Origin: Microbotryum violaceum
Taxonomy: Eukaryota
DNA length: 64,000 bases
Assembly (NCBI GenBank): GCA_001244265.2
Contig: CDLV01000012.1
Coordinates: forward strand, 744,001-808,000
Reading direction: 5' to 3'
Translations under genes and position numbers: made by a program
The notes under the pieces: generated by a model
Databases searched by the model: none
Seen by the model: only the letters and a program-made list of their open reading frames with translations
What the model was told of the DNA's origin: nothing
Part shown: in pieces, positions 50,900 through 60,966 of the stretch
Numbering within the stretch: the stretch's first letter is position 1
How the letters are laid out: each line of letters starts with the position of its first letter

Positions 50900-51219
50900 G
50901 GTGTCGTCGCTCGAGCACGCGGAGGCAGTGGCAGCATGCGACTTTGAGAGAGCGCAAGTGACGGCCAAAGTCCAAAGTGCACACACCCAAAGTCAAATCC
51001 GGGCCTGTCCCTACCTGTCCAGGCCCGTCAGGGCCTGTCCGGGCTCGTACTGCACAAGGCATGCGCGCCGGTTTTACGCGCAGAGGTCGGATTACAAGCA
51101 AGGTAATAATGACCAATTGAGTCGAGTAAGCGCCTGCGTTCGAGCTGAACGACACTTGGAGGTTCGGACCTAACACCGCCCTGCTCATCATCGTCGCACT
51201 CGTCAATCACTCACACAAC

Positions 51220-51857
51220 AGTCAGTCCAGGTTATGCATCACTTCAATTGCCGGTTCATGAACGGACTACTGACCCACTGCCTACTGAGCCTACAGTGTC
51301 TGGCCCAGCCTACCGAGGTCCGCCAACTTCTTGTCTCCGTTGACCCGAAGCTCATACAACGCCAACACGCTCAAGTCCAAGGTCCTAACATCAACCTTTT
51401 CCTCTTCTCCCTCTACAGACCCCTGGGCAAAGCGTGAAGCATGGCGAAAGGTGAGCCAATCATACCCACTCGCCTCGGCTCAGTCGTTCGTGCGGTCCCC
51501 AATGCTGATCCTCCTTGACATACCTCGTGCAGTCGCCCATCTTCTCCAACAGGGCAATGTGAATATGAAGAATCAACATCACTCGAGTGTTCCGTCTTCA
51601 AGAATGCTGACCCCTCTCTTTCTCACCCCTTACCTCGCCAACTCTGACCACTCAACTCTCCATTGCGGACCTCACTCCATACAATCGAACCTCGCCATTT
51701 CCAACTCGCTCCAACCAAAACTAGGTTCCGCAACCTCTTCCCCGGTTTCGGAATCGCCGTCGTCGCCTTCACAGGCTACGTCATCTACGACGAGACCGCT
51801 AAGGCCGCCAAGGCCAAAGTCGAGGCTTCGAGGCAGGGCATGGAGGGGACACATTGA
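51220..51857 (+). CDS. NDUFB3: NADH:ubiquinone oxidoreductase B12 subunit (NDUFB3)
   Basis: join(51220, 51297-51317, 51419-51450, 51533-51558, 51725-51857) = MSGPAYRDPWAKREAWRKSPIFSNRAMFRNLFPGFGIAVVAFTGYVIYD...; DPW..REAWR and FPGFGIA are family signatures. Confidence 0.9.
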
Positions 51858-52364
51858 GGACAGGGAGACGGGTGGGTGATTAGGACAGTAGAGGATTACA
51901 AGGGTGAGAGAGAATGTCTCGTAGAACATGGTTTGGGTAGGAGGAAAGAGTGTACTATATACGATTCGTTACGTTCGTTCGAAAGCGCTTTGGTAGGAGG
52001 GAGATAATCGAGCCTGGGATCGCTGCCAAACTGTCGTGTGGTCTGACATGTGTTGGCTACGCACTTTCGACGAAATGCTGATGGTTTGGACATCACCTGG
52101 GTCGGAGAGGCAAGCGAGCTTGGTCCTCGGCCCCAATACGGCGATGGCTCGGACCGTCGGCCAGGTGGTACCTTTCGACTCTCTTCGATCCTCACTGAGC
52201 AAGTGCGGCATCATAAAGTAGCTATTGCATTATAGGAAGTGTAAGGCACGACAAGCCCAGTCTGGGCGTCATTATCGAAAAATCGTATGCCGACACAGTC
52301 CACAATGCAAGTCGTCAAAAGAAGTCGGTAAAAGTCGTTCATGGGGAAACGAACTGGAACGGGA

Positions 52365-54150
52365 TCAAATGAGGAAAGCAACGCCGATGACCAACGCGAC
52401 GGAATAGAGCCACATGTTCGATACTCCTTGGGCATGCCCTGCGGCCGAAGCCGATCGAGTGGTTGTAGCGGCCGCAGGAATAGCCGTGGACGTCGTCGGC
52501 GTTCCCGTGTTCGCGCTGACTGCGCTCGCAGTCGAGGCATACGGGTGCGGCGGTCGAAGTTATGCTCTCAACTGATGGTAAAACAGGGAGCTGAGACCAA
52601 GCTTGAAAATTGGACGACGATTCGAGTCGTCTGCGCTAGAGTTGGAATCTGCATCGGTATGCTCATAGTGGAAGAGCATTCGAAGCAGCGTCGGAGCTTG
52701 GTCGATCTGGAGCGATTCCTCGGGGCCAACGTCCTCGACTTGACGCTCGGGTCTAGTGGACCCAGAAGCCGGATCGTGTTCTACCTCCATTCGATTGTCT
52801 TCCATGTGAACCTCGTCTTCTCCACCAAACTCGTCGCCTTCTCCGCCGAAGTCGTAGTTTAGGATCTCGTCGAAATCAGCGGCACCGGCGCATTGGAGAG
52901 CCGATGTCCCCGCTGCCGTTCAGGCCTTGGGACGGAATCGGGAACTGGTTCGGATCCCGGCAGCGTCGATAAGATCGATTCGAGAGGGGTCGGTGCCGAG
53001 GCTCGTACTGGTGCAGAGAACAGACGATTGAAGCGATTTTCTGTGAGAAAGCAACGACAGTGGCGTATTAGCTAGGGCAGGCTGTTCGGAGATTGGGTGT
53101 AAGCGCGATCCGAGCGGGATAAAGCTACCTGGCATGATGTCGCCGCCGTCGGCGCGGGCAGCAGTGGACCTTCTCCGAAACTGACGAAAGAACGGCGGAG
53201 CTGGCTGCACCGAATCGAGTAGGCTGGTAGGAAAGCGGGCAACAAATCCCTGCGCGAGTTTTACTAGTCCGATCCCGAGTATGCAGAAGGCAGCTGAGAA
53301 CTGAGCGCCGAGCTCAACTGAGTCGGGCAAGGCCGCACTGCAGCACAAGGCGTTCGACGGCTGCGCAACACTGCGCCCGCTACAGCTCCTAGCGGCTTCT
53401 AGCGCTGTGGCCGCGCACTTCAAGTTGATCGTGGCCAGTCGCACTCTCTCCTCTCGAACTCGCTATGTTCGGTCACTTTTCGCCTTGTTCTTCGATATTC
53501 GGTCTTCTTGCACCGACTTCGATGACCAGAAAGCTCAAGCAGAGGAAATCGCGGGTCCCATCTGCCTGGCGGCGCCTTGAGGATGGCGAATCGGCTGCGG
53601 TTTACTAGGACTCGGAGAGGATGGCCGCGATGTTCGGCCCGAAGGCCTAAGGGGCGACTGGATGACCGAGTCATACTTCTCCCGCACACCGTGGAGCTGC
53701 TCTGGCGCAAGGAACGGATTCTGAAGCCGGAGGCCTGGTGGTCGAAGAAGATGCTTTACGAAGATTTGTTCCCTTTGCCTCAGGTTTGCCACAATTTGAT
53801 GCTGCCGAAACCGGTCAATCGCGGGCGCAGCGCTGGCGCGATGTCAATTTCGAGTTGACACTTGCTGGGTTTGGCTCTTGCGTACTACAGCTGACTCCCA
53901 AGGGAACGCGCTCAATTGAATACAGGGTGCCACCAAGCTTTCTTCCGAATTGGTCTATAAAGATGCTTCCTACCCAACCGTTGAATGCTCTGACCACATC
54001 GTCGTTGGACGACTCCAACGCATCCGAATCGTCGATCGAGGCCATCAAGCCTGGCGGTGGGGCCTGTTCGGAACGGTCGCACTCGAGTTTGTCGAAGAGG
54101 AAGCCAAGCAAGAACAAGCATCGTTCATACAGAGGAAGAAGGGAGCGATG
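52365..54150 (-). pseudogene. Decayed orphan coding fragments (Ser/Thr-rich GPI-like tail; RNase III-like helix)
   Basis: Several short protein-like ORFs interrupted by stops; no intact conserved gene recognised. Confidence 0.35.
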
Positions 54151-54210
54151 TGAAGTGAGTCTCTGATGGTATAAAGTCTACTAGCGGAAACCCCAGGTCG
54201 CAAAGATACC

Positions 54211-54243
54211 CTTCGCACGCCTTCGCACGCCTTCGCACGCCTT
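54211..54243. repeat. 10-bp tandem repeat (CTTCGCACGC)x3
   Basis: cttcgcacgc cttcgcacgc cttcgcacgc ctt. Confidence 0.95.
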
Positions 54244-54326
54244 CCGTCACCACAAAAAGTGCGCCGAGCTTCGACCGATGCGATCGACACGTCCGAGATC
54301 AAGCGCAAAAAGACCTCTTTCAACCA

Positions 54327-55954
54327 CAGAAACACCACAAGAATCAATTTGAAAGCTCTGACGAATGCTCGAGTCAAGAGGAGCCCGAGTCAATCCAAGA
54401 CGAACGCCTCGGCGTCTCCTTGGTGGCAGCCATTTTGACAAGGTCTCAATCGGTGTGTCTACTCAGAGCTTCATCCTCGTCCCTTCCACCTCAGACATGG
54501 TCTTCAGTTCTCCAGAAGGCCGGATCAAGTTCATGTAACTCCACTACCATCGCTTACAGGCCGAGATACGCCGTGAAACCTTGCTCTACTCGCTGTTCAA
54601 ACTTCACAGCTAGAAACATCACCGAGGTATGCACCCGTCGACCGCACATTGAGTCACGAGGCCGAGCATCGAATACGTGGCTACCATCTTGTACCCCAGG
54701 TGGCAATGTGCAAAAAGATCAGAGACGTGAAGAAGCACGTCGCTCTGCAACTGCGAAAAAATCCGACACCTCTTGCCCAAGACTACTTAGCTTCCGATAC
54801 CGGAAAAGAATACCTAAAGCGCTTGGGAGTCGGCCGCGTACCGGGATCGTCAAGGGGCCACTTAAATGGTCGATGCATACATGCGCTCCACCGCTTCGAT
54901 ACTCGCCGAAAATTGAGTTATTTTGCAGGAGGTCGAGGCGGGTGCTTCCCCTTGGCACGCGCTTTGTGGCGGGAACAACGCGCAGAGCGCAGCAGCAGCG
55001 AATTGTCAATTCATGATCTGCGAACGAGGCGCGCGGCCGACTCACAAGCGCTTTAGGTATTCTTTTCCCATGTCGGAAGCTAAGTAGTTTTAGGCGAGCG
55101 GTGTTGAATTTCTTCGCAGTTGCAGAACGACGTGCTTCTTCACGTCTCTCACCTTTTTGCGAATTGCCATCTGGGGTACAAGAGGGTAGCCAGTTAATTC
55201 GATGCTCGGCCTCGTGACTCAATGTCCGGTGGATGGGTGCACATCTCGGTGATGTTTCTAGCTGTGATGGTCCTGAAGTGACCAAAGCCATCCAGACCTT
55301 TTCCCATAGCGAGTCGCCCAATGACGTAAGTTTCGTCTTCCGCCGAGATGCGAAGTCTAAATAGAGAGTAGAGCAAAGTTTCACTGTCCTTCACCTGATT
55401 ATTGTTCCTATATGGTACTTGGGATTGAACCCAATGTCGTGTTATTCGTTCCTCTGGTAACTCAATGTCCCTACTTTACTAGTCTCTAATCTCGTTTTTT
55501 AGATGCTTTACGCTTCTCTACCTAGCCTTCCGCGAGTCTGTCCTTTAGTCTCTGGCCATTCTGTTCTCGACCCTGTTCATTGGACTGAGTCGTGGTCATT
55601 ATCAGGTCAGCTCTTCGGAATCTTACCTTATTCTGCTCTCGTCCCTGTTCATTGAACTGAGTCGTGGTCATCATTAGATTCCATTTGAGAGCATTTTTGC
55701 GGCATTCACGACGTATCTCGGCCTGTAGGCGATGGGAGTGGAGTGACATGAGCATGATCCGGCCTTCTAGAGAACTGAAGACCATGTTTGAGGTGGCAGG
55801 GACGAGGATGAAGCTCTGAGTAGACTCACCAATTGAGACCTTGTCAAAATGGCTGCCACCACGGAGCCGCCGAGGGGTTCGTCTCGGATTGACTCCGACT
55901 CCTCTTGAATCGAGGGTTCGTCAGGGCGTTCAAATTGATTATTATGGTGTTTCT
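54327..55954. repeat. Diverged inverted duplication: arm 1 ~54327-54838 (+), arm 2 ~55032-55954 (-), spacer ~190 bp
   Basis: Long matching blocks, e.g. GGTGGCAGCCATTTTGACAAGGTCTCAAT and AAAAGAATACCTAAAGCGCTT, occur on opposite strands; identity is roughly 85-90% by eye. Confidence 0.95.
55385..55704. mobile_element. Solo LTR (320 bp, TG...CA) with 5-bp TSD TTCAC
   Basis: TTCAC at 55380-55384 and 55705-55709 flanks a TG...CA insert; the paralogous arm has one uninterrupted TTCAC (GTGAA near 54573). Confidence 0.88.
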
Positions 55955-57420
55955 GCTCTGACCAAGAGGATACCTGTGCAAGCGCCCCGGGCGCTCCGAA
56001 TGGAGAACATCGCGACCGACGGCGCCGATGCCGATGCTGACGGCGGTGCACAAAAAGCTCGCGGAATGGGGTCGGACCTCGATCAAAGACCGGTCAGTAT
56101 GCCGTATAACGATTTACTACGCACAAGGGCCGGAAATTTATCATTGATTGGACCGACTTCCCTCTCCTCTCCAAAAAACAGCGTAAAAAGGGCTCGTCCC
56201 ATGGGTCGTCTTAACAGGAAGCAAATCCACGCGCCCGGCCTAGAGGTCACATTCGCCGCGACCAATCTTGCTAAACGACCCAACGGACTCGAGGTGGCCG
56301 CTGCTCTCCGAAAGTCTTTCGGCGTCGAATGTCCAACGTGGCATTGGATAAAAAACGGATCGCCTCTTATTCCACTCGGAAGTACGGCATGACGATCGGA
56401 TCCGAGCTCGACTGGTCACCGTGTGCGTCGGCGATTTTGTCGTTCTTGGTGCTCCACTGGATTCAAGTGATCGTGTTGTATTCGTCCAAGTCGAAGCAGT
56501 TCATAGCGTCGGACGAGATGCAGTAACTCGTCACCTGGATAGACGAGAATCAGACGCGTAAACTAGGCTACCTTGGCCAGGTTAGAGTGCTCAAGCCTTT
56601 CCGTGCGGGGACTTCGGAGCAACCGAGAGTCATCGGGCTGGATGCCATCTCGAGCGAGTAAGGTGTGCCGTGCTGATTCTGAGGGATAAGACTGAGGTTG
56701 CGCAACGGTTGGCGAATGAGCTCTGGACGACTCGACGGGCCACTCCGAAGAAGTCAAACATCAGAAAGTTGGGGGAAGGGGAGCGGATGACCGAGCCTGC
56801 GGTCGGAGTCTTGGATGCTTCGATCAGCAAAACTCGGTTCCGAAAGCTTGGGTCGATAGTCGATCCGGAGGACCGAGCTCAAACCCGCCCGTCGGTTCAT
56901 CGAGAAGAACAGACGGCACTGCAACGCTACAAGTAGTTTGGACTCACGACTCCGATCCAACCCAGCGGAGTTTAAGTTTCCTGTAGCAGCAACATGTTAT
57001 TCGGCGGGTTAGCGGCGAGCCTTCAGAGAGATCGTCGAGGTTCTATGTCGCGGTGACTGCAATGTCAGATGCTGAAGCTCTGACCTCGGTCCGCGGACAC
57101 CCCCGTGCCCTCAACTTCGCCTACACCGATCGTGTGCTTGACCGCGACGGTCGACGAAACTAAACCAGATAATTCAATGAGGCTTGTCTTCGACTTCATG
57201 GTTGGGCAAGGTTAGGGTCGGAGGAAGGAAGAAGGATCCATCGAGTCGCTCGAACCTTGGGAAGGGTGATGGAGCGCCGCAGCGTGCCACGACGGCGGGC
57301 TTGCTTAGCCTCGCCGCCGGTGGAATATGTTTTGGTGAGACGAACGAGAGGAGCGACGGGAGTGGGATATATATCGAATTACAACATGCGGATTGATCAG
57401 ACTGCCATGGAGTGATCTTT

Positions 57421-58792
57421 TTATGATGTTGCTCCCTCTGCGGTAGCAGCAGCAGTTTTTTTCGCATTCTCGGCCCGTTTCAGCCTCCTTTCCTCTGCCT
57501 GCCGCTTGAGCATCTCGACCTTGGACTTGTCATTCCTCTTTTGCACCTTTTGTACCTTGGACTTGTGCGCTTCCTCATCTTCGATCTTGCGCTTGCGTTC
57601 GACCTCGAGCATCTGCCGCTCCAACTCGCGCGACTGTCGTTCACGAGCTTGCCGAGCTCGTTCGGCCGGGGAGAGACCTTGTCCAACTAGAGAAGCTGTA
57701 GACGATGAAGAATATCTCGAGTCGTCCTTGTCGCTGGCCTTGCGTTGGGATATCGGCATGCTGAATCCCGCTTCAGCGTCGGACTTGGGTTTGCGAACGA
57801 GGTTTAGACCTCCTCCGAGCAGTTGCCGCTTATCGATGATCTCGCCATCATCGTTGACCTCGATGCGTCGACCCGTCTGAGCAGACACCTCGGCCGCGAG
57901 TTCAGCTTCGGTCTTTTCTTTCGGTGGTGGGGCAACGTTGAACGAGGTTCTGGAGGTGCCTTCGGCGGGTTTGGCAAGCGTGGCGGCGACAGCGGCTTCG
58001 TGTTCTTTCGAACTGGTGTCGAGGTATGATTTGTAGAACGATGTCATGCCACCAGATTTACCAGCCTCTAATTCTGTAAATTTGAACACGAAAGACACCC
58101 GTCAGCTATCCTATGCTGCGGACGACCGAAGCGCCCATGAATTGTGGTGATGGACGGACCTTCTCGTTTCTTCTCCTCCTCTTCGACCTTTCTTAGCTCC
58201 TCCTGCTGAGCAAGGTACGCCGGTGTGACGAAAGCGTCCTTGTCCGCGAATTCCTCGCCCTCGCGTTCACGTTCACGCTGTACCATCTTGTCCTCGGCGC
58301 GCAGTCGATCCTGCTTTCGCAGCTCGGCCGTCTCGAGCAGTCGACTGATGTATTTCGGCTGTAGACCATCGGATCATCGGGTTAGAAAGTGCTATCATCA
58401 ATATCCGTGCCCAATGCATAACACACCTTTCTCTCGGCCGACTCTTTCTTCTTATCCAACAGCGCGACCTTGCTCGCCTCCTTCATCTGATCAAACACCT
58501 CGTCGTACTCGAACACGGTCGCATCCAACGCGAGCTGTTCTTCCTGTTTTTGCTTTTGGGCTCGACTCAGCTTAGTGTTCGCAGGGGGTTGGGCCACCAT
58601 CGGTCGACCGGCGGTAGCTTTGGAAGTTGAAGCGATCGGGGCCGCCGCCTCGTCAGAGTCATCAGAGTCGTCTTGCCCTATTGCGGTTCCGAATGCATTC
58701 TTCTTCTTGGGAAGAGGTTTGGAGGTCAGAGAAAGCTTTTTGGTTGCACCACCTTTGTTGAGACCAAAGGATAGCTTGACGGGAGCAGACAT
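57421..58792 (-). CDS. NSRP1: Nuclear speckle splicing regulator NSRP1/CCDC55 (DUF2040) family
   Basis: DATVFEYDEVFDQMK, PKYISRLL, EREREGEEFADKDAFVTPAY and EIIDKRQLLGGGLN. Confidence 0.87.
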
Positions 58793-59267
58793 CGTGACGG
58801 TCAAGTCAGCTGGAAGAGAGGACCAAGTGGAGCGCCAGGGCTCGTGAGGCAACCCAAACCGGTAAGGCTGAGAAGCGGACTAGAGCTGAGGATCGATGTG
58901 TAAGGTATAGTTCTGAAACAGCTATCAAGTGACTCGTAAAGCGCCAAAACCTAAATTTGAGACAATTCTGATCGTCTTTCGTTCTGCAACCGACGGAAAT
59001 GCAAGTTCTCGTTTCTCGTCGTGAATGGCTCACGGCATAGTCCCCCTCACGGAGGACGGTTTCGGCACAATGCGTATTAACCTCCTGCATCAATTCATTG
59101 CCGAACAAGTGGATCCCTGCCGATCGAGTACGTCAAATGAGAAATGCGATTCGGAACCCGATGATGGATGAGGCAACCATGCCGCCCACCATCTGCAGAC
59201 CCGTCGCTTGTCAATAAGCCTTCCCTCGACCCAACAACGACCCTTTTCTGAACGTTCCATGAACCGT

Positions 59268-60713
59268 TTACGAACGGGGCTTCTCCTTCTTCTCCTTCCT
59301 GTAGACATGAAAAACATGCGGATGGGGAGCAGAGTCAGCTCTGGCCGCTATGCGCCGGGCTGAAGCCGAATTCGCGCAGGAAGACTGACCAGAGCGCGAG
59401 GAGACCAACACCCGAAACCTTGACAACCTTGAATCGAACACCGGGGATATCTCCCTTAGCCTTGCCTTTCCTGCCGAAGCCTGAAATCAAGACTTCTAAT
59501 AGACCGCAAACAGGATTGTAGAACGTTGCGGCATCGATAAGGGAGTCAGCGAACATTCGACGACCAGGAGCGAGAGCGAGCGAAATGGAGGACCGCATGA
59601 GCGAAGTGTGGGCACCAGCGAGGTGGTAAACTAACCGTCGTTCTCATCGGTAAAGTTCAAGCAACCATCGTTGGGGACGAAAGCGGTGACCTTCTTGCCG
59701 TTCTTGATCAATTGCACTCGAACGCACTTTCGGATGGCGGAGTTGGGCTGCTTGGCCTCGACGCCGACCTTCTCGAGCACGATACCCTTGGCGTGGGACG
59801 CTCCACCGGTCGGGGACGAACGGTAAGCCGTACCGAGGGCACGCTTCTTGTAGTTGTTATCGGCCTATCAAGTCAGAAGGAAACGTTGGTGGACTTGTCA
59901 GCGTAGGCTCTCTGGTCGGCGTCACGCCGCGATGTGTGCTGCTCCACTTCTGCCCTCGCCAAGATCGCCTGGGTCCTTCTATCTCCAGTTGAGCTTTGCC
60001 TTCCAATAGGCCGTAGCCGACGCCTTTCCTCCGCAACTCGAGCCCGATGCGCAACGGAGCGAGTATCACGGCCCAGCCTTAGTGCAGGCCCGCCCGCTCC
60101 GCTGCCCCGCCGGCCCAGGCCCTGCCCGCCACTCTCCTATGCCACTTCGCAAGGTTTCCAAAGACGCAGGTTCCGGCCGATAACTCATGCGGATCGAACG
60201 ATGGCGAGGATGTGGCGCAAGAAGCTACGGGCGAAAGACAGAGAGGAGGTAGGCACGTAGGGAGTTCAAAGTCGTCAACGCACCCATCGGTTCTCACGAC
60301 GCGAGTTGCGCAACTTGCGACCAGCCAACAATCCACGAGGTTTGCACGATCCTGTGCACCGCGATAAATTACGGAATGGTCAGTTACATCGATCAGAGGT
60401 AGTTTCAGGTCGCGGAATGATGTGCCGATGGTCGGGTGTCGTTCGTAGACGGGCGGCGGCGCTGGGGCTTTTTGGCTGGCGCGGCGGGGTCTGGGCTGCG
60501 ATGGCGCAGCGAGGCCCAAGACGCAGGCAGGCAAGCACGCCGCAGGACGGGACGACGAAGGGGGCGACGACGGTGATGGGCTGGGACAAATTTCGTCCCC
60601 GGGCGTCTACACAGTCCTACGCCGCTGTGGACTCCGGGTATAGCAGCAGGACGAGGTCGATTACGTTCGGATGGTCGAGGGTGTAGGACGTGGATGTGGC
60701 CGCACTCACCCAT
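59268..60713 (-). CDS. RPS23: 40S ribosomal protein S23 (uS12)
   Basis: Spliced [26 protein letters not shown]...[32 protein letters not shown]...[13 protein letters not shown]...KEKPRS*. Confidence 0.98.
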
Positions 60714-60966
60714 TTTGACGACGATGAAGACAGAGACGAGAAAGAATGTCCTTGCGGCGGTCGTCGAGGCAGCGCTTCGGCGCCTCCGCGCATACGATAA
60801 TCACCACTGGCCCGCAGGCTCGCGCTGGACAAAACTCGGGCCGAAAGTGCAACTCGGTGATATTGGCCCGTCTCGATCCCGCCGGTCCCGTCTTCGCAGC
60901 CGGGGCAGCTCGTCGTTGAATCGCATCCCACCTACCCACTCTCTACACAAAGCACCACGAGCAGTC

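Noticed and set aside
53535..53792. Mating-type homeodomain (HD1) resemblance of QNPFLAPEQL
   Set aside because: No WFxNxR helix or other homeodomain residues.
55559..55677. Two 47-nt direct repeats as a CRISPR array or retrozyme hammerheads
   Set aside because: Only two diverged copies inside a solo LTR of a eukaryote; no CUGANGA/GAAA core and no cas genes.
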